This document shows, piece by piece, positions 19,076 to 26,779 of a stretch of DNA of 43,584 nucleotides. Position 1 is the stretch's first letter, and each line of letters begins with the position of its first letter. The position numbers were made by a program, and so were the translations under genes. Below the pieces are notes generated by a model that saw nothing but the letters and a program-made list of their open reading frames with translations, made no database searches and was not told the DNA's origin. The DNA lies in the IMG/VR virus record IMGVR_UViG_3300020045_018745, positions 1 to 43,584 of that record; one strand, 5' to 3'. Source of the stretch: a virus. Its lineage: Duplodnaviria; Caudoviricetes.

Positions 19076-20338
19076 TTAAATATAAAACTCATATTCGTCA
19101 GGTATTTTAGCCACCTGACCGAACCCGGGCGGATCAGGAAACTTAGTCCGGACATGCTCAGAGCGATCTCCAAAATGTCGCCTGATGTATCGATATGTTG
19201 AAGCAATGTCAGTATGCCCCAGCTGGTTCATAATTTCAATGATAGTCGCGCCGCTCTCAAGCAATTTTCCGGCGCCGGTATGTTTGAATGAATACCACTT
19301 GTACAGATCAGTTAATCCAAGCCGATCGCGATATTTATTGAACCGGTTCCGGAGGGTGTTGTACCCTATTGCCGTGGTACCAGGTCTCCCCCACTTTGAA
19401 ATCAGAAACATATCCTTTCCGTAATTACGCGATCCATGCTCCACCAGGATAGCATACATCTGCTCCGGAATATCAATTGTCCGGTCTTTCCGTTTCTTGG
19501 CCACGTTTTTCGGGATATGGATGGTCCGGGCTGATAAATTAACCTGGTTAAGTTTCAACTGTAGTAATTCGTCACCGGGACGAATGAAACAAAAATACTG
19601 AAGCATAGCCCCCAGAAATAGTTGCGGATCCTCTGTCCTGATAATGGGTAGTATCCGTTGCAGGTCTTCATCGAGGAATGGAATAGCTGAGAAGTCTTCT
19701 CCAGTCTCTGGAAATTCAATTTTTCCGACAGGACTTTCCCGAAGTACCTCCCGGGAAATTAAATATTTAAAGAAATTATCAAGGGTAATCTTGTATTTCT
19801 CGACCGTTGGGCCGGCCAGTTTTGTGTCAATAATCAAATGATCAAAATACTGAAGGATCAGGCTGTGGCTAAAGGTTGTAAGATCGTTGTCAACCAATTT
19901 CTCCTTTTCAAGCCACGATATAAATGCCCGGATCTTGCCGCGATAACTTTCATAAGTTTTTTTTGCTTTCGTGTTTTTCTGAAGGGTAGTATATTCTGAT
20001 GCATAGAACCTGATGTTCTTATTTGCCTGCCTTTTGCGGCCATATACTTGCGCGGCCTGGTGATACTCCAAATCATCGACATACACCACCTGAGTGCTGC
20101 AATCGTCAGACGGTATCCAGCCCTTCAGGAGCTTAGCCGAAAAGTTTTTGATTTGCAAGTCTGCAAATTCGAGGCGGGCTTTCTTAGTCCTCAATTCCGA
20201 AAATCCTTCCTGATACCGTTTGCGCTTCATTTTACCGTCGCGCGGATCACGATACCCCAGTTCAATCCACCAAGGTTTTGAAAGGTCACCTCCCTGATCA
20301 AACAAGCGAGGTGACCTGAACAGTTTCTGTCGTTTCAT
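19076..20338 (-). CDS. int: Tyrosine integrase
   Basis: IRPG.E box I, YSFKHTGA variant of HxxR, LGHTDIASTYRY with catalytic Tyr; ATG 20338 preferred over GTG 20371. Confidence 0.92.
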   Translation of the reverse strand: MKRQKLFRSPRLFDQGGDLSKPWWIELGYRDPRDGKMKRKRYQEGFSELRTKKARLEFADLQIKNFSAKLLKGWIPSDDCSTQVVYVDDLEYHQAAQVYGRKRQANKNIRFYASEYTTLQKNTKAKKTYESYRGKIRAFISWLEKEKLVDNDLTTFSHSLILQYFDHLIIDTKLAGPTVEKYKITLDNFFKYLISREVLRESPVGKIEFPETGEDFSAIPFLDEDLQRILPIIRTEDPQLFLGAMLQYFCFIRPGDELLQLKLNQVNLSARTIHIPKNVAKKRKDRTIDIPEQMYAILVEHGSRNYGKDMFLISKWGRPGTTAIGYNTLRNRFNKYRDRLGLTDLYKWYSFKHTGAGKLLESGATIIEIMNQLGHTDIASTYRYIRRHFGDRSEHVRTKFPDPPGFGQVAKIPDEYEFYI

Positions 20339-20379
20339 ATTGTCAGTTTTATCCGCGTCCCCACGCACCAAAAACTACC

Positions 20380-20589
20380 AGATACACATCGACATACACT
20401 TTTTGAAAACTGACATACAAATAAAGTTTGTAACTTATTGAATATCAGCTATTTAAAAAACCGCGTGGAGCTGGCGGGAGATTGCAAACCCTTACAACTC
20501 TTTAATATTTAACCTTTCAAAAATCGTACTTTGTGTATCTGCGAGGTTTATTTGTATTTGGCAGTGTCGCTATTATATAATGTGTATGT
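20380..20589. other. Putative attP: core 20465-20480 matching the tmRNA 3' end, with flanking arm-type repeats
   Basis: Minus strand reads CTCCCGCCAGCTCCAC; AGATACACA/GACATACA repeats on the left (20380, 20391, 20412) and inverted TGTGTATCT/TGTGTATGT on the right (20532, 20581). Confidence 0.7.
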
Positions 20590-20758
20590 TAGCTCGTCGT
20601 AAACCTCAGAAAAACTTTGATCAAGTGAATTTTTGAGGTCTTCTACAACTTTTCTTTGAATGTGAATTTTCATATCGTTTTCATTCTATTACCTAATAAC
20701 ACCTATTTCATCACCGCCAAACCAACCAAAAGGAAGTTCTAATTGATACTTTTGGAAA

Positions 20759-21217
20759 TTAGCCGACCTTTTGATCACTCGCAGATGACATCTCTTTTTT
20801 AAGTTCAATTTTTCCTTCTAATAACTCCCTGTATTTCCTGTTTACTTCATTCAACTCTTCGCACTGCGTGTAATATTTTTCTCTCCACATTTTTATCTCA
20901 TTTTGCTTATTAAAGCACTCAGGGCAGTTATATAAAGTAATTGATTCATTTACCTCGTTTTTTTTCTCTCCGCTTATTTCATTTTGCTTTGGAATGTGCG
21001 ATATATCTCGTCCAGTAATGAGCCATGTTACATCCACTTCCGAATAATAAGCCAGAAACTTTAAAATATTCTCTTCAGTGATCCCATTATTTTGAGTTAG
21101 CACACCCCTAGTTATGCCTGTCTTTTTATAACATTCATAAGGAGTTACACCGATTTTTTTCAGGTAGCTTAAAATATTTTGCTTTATAAACGATTTTTCT
21201 TGCTTATTTTCTTGCAT
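20759..21217 (-). CDS. Phage repressor (CI-like HTH)
   Basis: HTH TPYECYKKTGITRG...VDVTWLITGR; divergent from the early operon; start reassigned to MQENKQ. Confidence 0.8.
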   Translation of the reverse strand: MQENKQEKSFIKQNILSYLKKIGVTPYECYKKTGITRGVLTQNNGITEENILKFLAYYSEVDVTWLITGRDISHIPKQNEISGEKKNEVNESITLYNCPECFNKQNEIKMWREKYYTQCEELNEVNRKYRELLEGKIELKKEMSSASDQKVG

Positions 21218-21235
21218 AATCAATTTATCTCGACT

Positions 21236-21281
21236 ACATTCGCAGTACAAATACAGTACGAATATAGTACAATCTAAGTAC
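21236..21281. promoter_or_regulatory. Lysis/lysogeny switch region with four AGTAC boxes at 11-bp period
   Basis: AGTAC at 21244, 21255, 21266 and 21277; -7-like TACATTCG (+) and TATATTCG (-). Confidence 0.6.
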
Positions 21282-21304
21282 AGAGACAATAACACTTTTA
21301 TACT

Positions 21305-21562
21305 ATGAATACGCAGAATGAGCAATTAGACATCAAAAATCAAAAAGATGCAGTTTTAGAAAAGATTCAGGAACTTATACCTCAAGCCCCGGAGTGCTGG
21401 AAAAGCGTTATCGCTTCTAAGATGGGGCGGTCAATCGAATCAATTAATAAATATGTTGATGGTACTCGCGGAATCAATAAAGGCCAGCACAAAGAAGTAC
21501 TAAGGCTTTTGAAAATATTGGTTGAAGAGGAAAATCTTCGCGTTAAAAAACTTCTATCATGA
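21305..21562 (+). CDS. Cro-like HTH protein
   Basis: 85 aa, IASKMGRSIESINKYV HTH, first gene divergent from the repressor. Confidence 0.65.
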   Translation: MNTQNEQLDIKNQKDAVLEKIQELIPQAPECWKSVIASKMGRSIESINKYVDGTRGINKGQHKEVLRLLKILVEEENLRVKKLLS

Positions 21563-22107
21563 TTCCAGATTTCTTTCAAAAAGCGAACAGCGAAATTATC
21601 GCACGTGATGGTGAGCCCTACTTGATTAGGGTCGAACTCCTTTCGTTCGAAGAATGGCCGGCTAAGGTGAAACTTCAGGTACATGAAAAGCTGGAGGCCG
21701 ATAAACCGGCACAGGTGGCCCTCGATATGCTTGACATAGTTGACGAACAGCAACGAATTAAAAAGTTTTCCTATTGTCGCCATGGCGGGTTCGACACGAA
21801 AGCCGACTTTACCGATGATGGCACCCACAATGCCGAATATTTTGATTGTCCGGATCGCGCAACCTGTGATGCAAGGGTTCAAAAAATGTTGTGTCACTGT
21901 TTTCCGGCGCAAAACGGAACCTTATCGCCTCGCGAAATTGAAGTTATCAAACTAATATGTGATGATTTGTCTGATAAGCTAGTAGCTGATCAGCTGGGCA
22001 TCACTTTCAACACAGCCAAAAACCACCGCCGAAATATTGAACAAAAAATTGGCTGTTACAGCAAAAGCGGGGTTGTACGCTTCGCTTACGAAAATGGCAT
22101 TGTTTGA
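21559..22107 (+). CDS. Regulator with C-terminal LuxR-type HTH and Cys-rich central region
   Basis: LSPREIEVIKLI...DKLVADQLGITFNTAKNHRRNIEQKIG. Confidence 0.85.
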   Translation: MIPDFFQKANSEIIARDGEPYLIRVELLSFEEWPAKVKLQVHEKLEADKPAQVALDMLDIVDEQQRIKKFSYCRHGGFDTKADFTDDGTHNAEYFDCPDRATCDARVQKMLCHCFPAQNGTLSPREIEVIKLICDDLSDKLVADQLGITFNTAKNHRRNIEQKIGCYSKSGVVRFAYENGIV

Positions 22108-22265
22108 ACTTGATTGATTTCTCATAGTAAACAAAAAATCAATAAAAATGAAAGGAGGCAATTTTGAGAACCAAAAACTAAAGCACAAGGTGGTTATTTC
22201 CGATACCACCCATCCACCCGGATAATTGCAAACATGCCCCGGAACCGCAAACCCCGGGGCAACAC

Positions 22266-22339
22266 AGCGGAGTAGAGCAGTCAGGCAGCTCGTCCCGGTG
22301 CAACCGGGAAGGTCGAAGGTTCGAATCCTTTCTCTGCCA
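22266..22339 (+). tRNA. tRNA or tRNA-like RNA, anticodon GCA (Cys) on an initiator-fMet-like body
   Basis: Cloverleaf: acceptor AGCGGAG/CTCTGCC, D stem GAGC/GCTC, anticodon stem TCCCG/CGGGA with loop GTGCAAC, T arm GAAGG-TTCGAAT-CCTTT; no encoded CCA. Confidence 0.75.
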
Positions 22340-22434
22340 CACGGTGAATGAAGCTTACAGAGGTAGAATCCTGATCGGTGCCTCTGTTAATCACCTTTTA
22401 ACAACAGCGTCCCCACGCACAAAACACTAAAATT

Positions 22435-22650
22435 ATGTATGTAGAAATCATTACACAAAACTTAGATCCGCGCAACTCGCGCTTTTCAATTCAGGATCTG
22501 ACACCCGATGAAATGGAATTGCTTATGAATGGCCTCATTGAGGTAAAACAACACTCGTTGCAGGATGCCGAAACATTTAAAGAATTAAGAGCTACCTGCG
22601 AAGAGATGTTTCAAAAAATAGATCGTGAACTTAGAAAATCCAGATCATGA
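22435..22650 (+). CDS. Hypothetical early protein
   Basis: 71 aa with A-rich leader. Confidence 0.6.
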   Translation: MYVEIITQNLDPRNSRFSIQDLTPDEMELLMNGLIEVKQHSLQDAETFKELRATCEEMFQKIDRELRKSRS

Positions 22651-23033
22651 AACTCACAAAAACAGATTTCGATCAACAATCGCTTGTTTTATTTCCCCGC
22701 ACAAAGTGCATTATCCGCGAGGGTATGGAAGCAATCCTGAATGACAGCAGACTCCCTTCCGAATTACGTGATGATGCTCTCCAGCTGAAATCACACATCG
22801 AGAATCCTGACAGTGAAGATCGGCCCGCTATGTTCACCAAAACCCACGGTTCTATGATGAATTGCCCCGAATGCGTCGGAACTGGCAAATACAAAGAACT
22901 TCCCGAAAATAACAACGATGAGATTGAGTATAAGCCCTGCAAAACCTGCAAAGGAGAAGGACAGTTATACTACGAAATTATTCGGAAATACTATGTTCCA
23001 ACCGAATATCATAGAAAAAAGATTGCCAAATAA
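22647..23033 (+). CDS. Protein with DnaJ-type zinc finger motifs
   Basis: CPECVGTG and CKTCKGEG. Confidence 0.7.
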   Translation: MKLTKTDFDQQSLVLFPRTKCIIREGMEAILNDSRLPSELRDDALQLKSHIENPDSEDRPAMFTKTHGSMMNCPECVGTGKYKELPENNNDEIEYKPCKTCKGEGQLYYEIIRKYYVPTEYHRKKIAK

Positions 23034-23062
23034 GCGCAAAAATCAACCAATAGTTAATTGAT

Positions 23063-23251
23063 ATGAAAATAAAACTTACTGAAGGACTTGATCATGAGCT
23101 TACAATCTTAGGATTAAAAGCAGGCGATGAACTGGAAGCAACGCCCGATCCAGTATCAAAAGCTGGTGGCTGCCACTTTACTCGATACTTAAACGGCTAT
23201 CCGTTCAATTGCTCAATTTGGCCCGATAACTACGAAAAAATTAACCAATAG
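23063..23251 (+). CDS. Hypothetical early protein
   Basis: 62 aa in the operon. Confidence 0.55.
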   Translation: MKIKLTEGLDHELTILGLKAGDELEATPDPVSKAGGCHFTRYLNGYPFNCSIWPDNYEKINQ

Positions 23252-23268
23252 CTTATAAATCAAAAATC

Positions 23269-23733
23269 ATGGAATTAAAACTTAACAAAAAAACAGCAAA
23301 ATCGATTTATCCGGAATCACCAGCGTGGTTTCAGGAAGTATTAATAGAAACTTTTGGAAGCGATTATTTCAAGAAAAGAAGCTTTGAAGACATTAAAACC
23401 TTCGAAGTTGCCTGCGAAGAATTAGGCATTGATGCGAATAAACAGTTTTTGGATGAATATACTCCAGATGAGATTGCCTATAAGAAACTGAAGATAATTG
23501 TAGCCGCCATTAACCAGGGCTGGACTCCCGACTGGAGCAATTCATCGCAATACAAATACTGGCCCTATTTCAAGCTGTCTTCCGGTTTCGGTTTTTCGCG
23601 CTCGAATTCCGGCTACGGTAACGCGACTACGCATGTCGGCTCTCGCCTTTGCTTCGAATCTGAGGCAAAATCAGACTATGCTGCCAAGCAATTCATTGAC
23701 ATTTACGAACAATTTCTAACCATCAAAAAATAA
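23269..23733 (+). CDS. DGR target protein 1
   Basis: Contains VR1; paralogue of 23739-24140 (IKTFE.AC, AIN.GW.PDWS.SSQYKY.P, GSRLC). Confidence 0.9.
   Translation: MELKLNKKTAKSIYPESPAWFQEVLIETFGSDYFKKRSFEDIKTFEVACEELGIDANKQFLDEYTPDEIAYKKLKIIVAAINQGWTPDWSNSSQYKYWPYFKLSSGFGFSRSNSGYGNATTHVGSRLCFESEAKSDYAAKQFIDIYEQFLTIKK
23575..23652 (+). repeat. DGR variable repeat VR1
   Basis: 78-bp ungapped match to TR; 14 mismatches, all at TR adenines. Confidence 0.95.
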
Positions 23734-23738
23734 AAATC

Positions 23739-24140
23739 ATGGCCAAAAAATCAGCAAAAAAAGAGTTCGATTTCAGAACAATCAAATCGTTTGAAGATGC
23801 TTGTGTAAAGGAAAACATTGATCCAACAGCGCTGCCGGATGTATCGATGATTCCAGAAGAGCTTGAAGACACAATCATCAACGCTTATAAACTCCTGATC
23901 ATTTTCAAGGCAATAAATAACGGATGGCGGCCAGACTGGAGCAAGTCATCGCAATATAAGTACTATCCCTGGTATGGGGTTCTGTCTTCCGGTTTGGGTT
24001 TTTGGTGCTCGACTTACTACTACGATGGCACGTTTACGGGTGTCGGCTCTCGCCTTTGCACTGATACATCAGAGAAGGCAATGTATATAGCAGAACAATT
24101 TAAAGCTGAATACCAGGAATACTTCCTGTATAGCGAATAA
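23739..24140 (+). CDS. DGR target protein 2
   Basis: Contains VR2; paralogue of target 1. Confidence 0.9.
   Translation: MAKKSAKKEFDFRTIKSFEDACVKENIDPTALPDVSMIPEELEDTIINAYKLLIIFKAINNGWRPDWSKSSQYKYYPWYGVLSSGLGFWCSTYYYDGTFTGVGSRLCTDTSEKAMYIAEQFKAEYQEYFLYSE
23982..24059 (+). repeat. DGR variable repeat VR2
   Basis: 78-bp ungapped match to TR; 17 mismatches, 15 at TR adenines and 2 C>G. Confidence 0.93.
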
Positions 24141-24173
24141 GATAAAAGGTTGTACGCTGCGTTGCTGTTAGTT

Positions 24174-24251
24174 CTGTCTTCCAGTTTCAGTTTTTCGAAC
24201 TCGAATTACAACTACGATAACACGAATACGAATGTCAGCTCTCACCTATGC
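24174..24251 (+). ncRNA. DGR template repeat (TR)
   Basis: Intergenic, AAC/AAT-rich (22 adenines), between target 2 and the RT; flanks are complementary. Confidence 0.93.
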
Positions 24252-24356
24252 TACTTGCAGCGTAAACCTTGCCAACAGTGCAAAAAATAACGAATTCTTT
24301 ACGGAGCGTTGGTATCCTGAGTACTCGGGAGAAAACGATCTATTAAAAGCAAAGGC

Positions 24357-25316
24357 ATGAAACGGATCAATAATTTGTACGAGAAAATTTACAGCATCGA
24401 AAACCTGCAGTTGGCTGATGCGATTGCCCGGAAAGGTAAGTCGAAACAACCTGGAGTAATCGAGCATGACCGGAGCCAGGAGGAAAACATTCAAAAACTG
24501 CATGAAATGCTGAAGGGGAAAACCTATCAAACGTCTGAATATACCACCTTCACCATCTTTGAGCCCAAAGAACGATTGATCTTCCGGTTACCTTATTATC
24601 CTGACCGGATCACCCATCATGCGGTGATGAAAGTTCTGGAGCCAATATTCGTGTCAACTTTTACTGCCGATACTTATTCGTGTATAAAGGGAAAAGGCAT
24701 ACATGCTGCGGCGAATGCCGTGAAACGTGCACTAAAGGATATGGATAATACTCAATACTGTCTTAAGCTTGATATTAAGAAGTTTTACCCAAATGTTGAT
24801 CACACCATCCTGAAGCAATTACTTCGCCGAAAAATAAAGGATAACAACCTGCTGTGGTTACTCGATGAAATTATTGATTCAACCGATGGCCTTCCTATCG
24901 GCAATTACCTGAGCCAGTACTTTGCAAATTTTTACCTGAGTTACTTCGACCATTGGATGAAAGAGAACCGGCGCATAAAGTACTATTTCCGCTATGCTGA
25001 TGACCTTGTGATCCTCTCCAGCTCCAAGCCTTATTTACACCAATTACTTTCCGAAATCAGGAATTATCTGAACGACCGGCTGAAATTGACCATCAAAGGA
25101 AACTACCAGGTATTTCCGGTTGATGCACGGGGAATTGATTTTGTTGGATATGTCTTCCGGCATACCCATACGCTGCTCCGGAAGAGCATAAAACAGAATT
25201 TCGCCAGGATGCTGGTAAAGAACAGAAATGTAAAATCAATCGCTTCCTATAACGGATGGGCCTCGCATTGCGACAGTAAAAACCTTCTAAAAAAACTACT
25301 CCATGAACACGTTTAG
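24357..25316 (+). CDS. DGR reverse transcriptase
   Basis: 319 aa; SCIKGKG, LKLDIKKFYP, GLPIGNYLSQ (DGR-type GxxxSQ), RYADD, GIDFVGY; no maturase or endonuclease extension. Confidence 0.95.
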   Translation: MKRINNLYEKIYSIENLQLADAIARKGKSKQPGVIEHDRSQEENIQKLHEMLKGKTYQTSEYTTFTIFEPKERLIFRLPYYPDRITHHAVMKVLEPIFVSTFTADTYSCIKGKGIHAAANAVKRALKDMDNTQYCLKLDIKKFYPNVDHTILKQLLRRKIKDNNLLWLLDEIIDSTDGLPIGNYLSQYFANFYLSYFDHWMKENRRIKYYFRYADDLVILSSSKPYLHQLLSEIRNYLNDRLKLTIKGNYQVFPVDARGIDFVGYVFRHTHTLLRKSIKQNFARMLVKNRNVKSIASYNGWASHCDSKNLLKKLLHEHV

Positions 25317-25614
25317 CCAGTTCAATATCAAGATCGAAAGCCAGGCTTTTGAAGGTGATAAGATAAAAATGTCGAGAATATTGAACCGCGAGATTGTGGT
25401 TCATCATTTCAAAATTGAAGATTCGAAAGTGAAATCGTTCCAGGAAAAAGGAACCGGCAAATGCCTACACCTGCAGATATCGTTTGACAAGCGGAAACAT
25501 GTTGTTTTCACCGGATCAACCGGATTAATTGAAGTAATACAAAAGGTTCCTGAAACCGGATTTCCGTTTACCACAACAATAGTTGAAGAAAATGACAGAT
25601 ACTTATTTACCTAA
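25303..25614 (+). CDS. Hypothetical protein overlapping the RT stop (candidate DGR accessory factor)
   Basis: 103 aa, beta-rich, 14-nt overlap with the RT. Confidence 0.6.
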   Translation: MNTFSQFNIKIESQAFEGDKIKMSRILNREIVVHHFKIEDSKVKSFQEKGTGKCLHLQISFDKRKHVVFTGSTGLIEVIQKVPETGFPFTTTIVEENDRYLFT

Positions 25615-25626
25615 AACTAAAATTAA

Positions 25627-26010
25627 ATGATCATTCACCACAATGGCCGCCCACTGAAGCTGATTCCGAAAAAATACAGTAAAATTCCAAACATCACAGA
25701 TTATCTGGAAGACTTTGAAAACATAAGGCTTGATAAAATTGAGCGCAAACATTTGGATATGCGCCTGTTTACACTTGCCGTAGAAAACTTCATGATGCTC
25801 TTATACCTGAGCGAACCGCTTGTTTTTGAACAAATAGAAAAGGCCAAGCCGGTTTCAGCATCACGTGTAAAATACACCGATGGCATTGTTGAGTATATGT
25901 TGATTATGAGTAACAATTTATCCATCCGCTGCGAGCTGGAGATCTATTCGCTTTGTCCGGTTAAAACGAGCCGTACGAATGTTGCCTGCAAACAATTAAA
26001 ATGTTTTTGA
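25627..26010 (+). CDS. Hypothetical protein
   Basis: 127 aa. Confidence 0.55.
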   Translation: MIIHHNGRPLKLIPKKYSKIPNITDYLEDFENIRLDKIERKHLDMRLFTLAVENFMMLLYLSEPLVFEQIEKAKPVSASRVKYTDGIVEYMLIMSNNLSIRCELEIYSLCPVKTSRTNVACKQLKCF

Positions 26011-26011
26011 T

Positions 26012-26719
26012 ATGAAAGAAATATCAATCCTTTTCAATACAGAAATGGTTCAGGCCATTTTAGAAAGCCGCAAATCAATGACTAGGCGGCTAAAAGGTCT
26101 CGAAAAAATAAATGAAGCTCCTGAGAAGGTCGAATTTGTAAGATTTCAGCAATACGAAAAAGATGGAAGTTACAGAGCCATTTTCAAGCATGAAGACGCC
26201 GATGGTTTTGGTTCAGTCAAATGTCCATACGGCCAACCTGGTGACGTGCTTTGGGTGAGAGAAACTTCAAGAAAGGTTAGCCATTATGGTTTTGAAGATC
26301 CAATAGTAGAATTTAAAGCCGGAGGGCATAATGCTCATTGTCCAATTCCTGATACTGATCAGTTTATTCCGATGACAAACTGGAAGCCATCCATTCACAT
26401 GCCCAAAGAAGCTGCAAGAATCTGGCTTGAAGTGGAAGAAATAAGGGTAGAACGGTTACAGGACATTAGCCACGAAGATGCAATTGCCGAAGGAATATAT
26501 ATTAAATATTGGGGCGAAGATATTACACAGCCTTATGCTTACAGGAAATCAAAACCGGAAGGATTAGCAACTGACTATAAAAGGTCGGAAATTGAAGCTT
26601 TTCAGGATTTATGGGGTTCAACCTATGGAAACGACTGGAACATTGGATGGAATGCTAATCCGTGGGTTTGGGTGGTAAAATTTAAAGTATTGTCCACAAC
26701 CAGCAAACCACCACTTTAG
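26012..26719 (+). CDS. ASCH/PUA-like phage protein
   Basis: ILFNTEMVQAILESRKSMTRR, CPYGQPGDVLWVRET, WKPSIHMPK, ERLQDIS..DAIAEG, NPWVWVV. Confidence 0.75.
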   Translation: MKEISILFNTEMVQAILESRKSMTRRLKGLEKINEAPEKVEFVRFQQYEKDGSYRAIFKHEDADGFGSVKCPYGQPGDVLWVRETSRKVSHYGFEDPIVEFKAGGHNAHCPIPDTDQFIPMTNWKPSIHMPKEAARIWLEVEEIRVERLQDISHEDAIAEGIYIKYWGEDITQPYAYRKSKPEGLATDYKRSEIEAFQDLWGSTYGNDWNIGWNANPWVWVVKFKVLSTTSKPPL

Positions 26720-26779
26720 GCATTTTAGGCACTCCGAACTCCAAACTTCTCAATTGTAACTACGTAACTCTGTAACCAA

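Noticed and set aside
20546-20760. Short minus-strand ORFs after the repressor (MKIHIQRK..., ...QLELPFGW...)
   Set aside because: Under 45 aa, weak starts, and partly overlapping the att arm region; insufficient support
23575-24251. CRISPR array
   Set aside because: Three 78-bp copies, two of them coding, with A-specific mismatches and no repeat-spacer periodicity or cas genes
24357-25316. Group II intron or retron RT
   Set aside because: Short RT with a GxxxSQ motif, no maturase/endonuclease region, and an adjacent TR/VR pair identify it as a DGR RT
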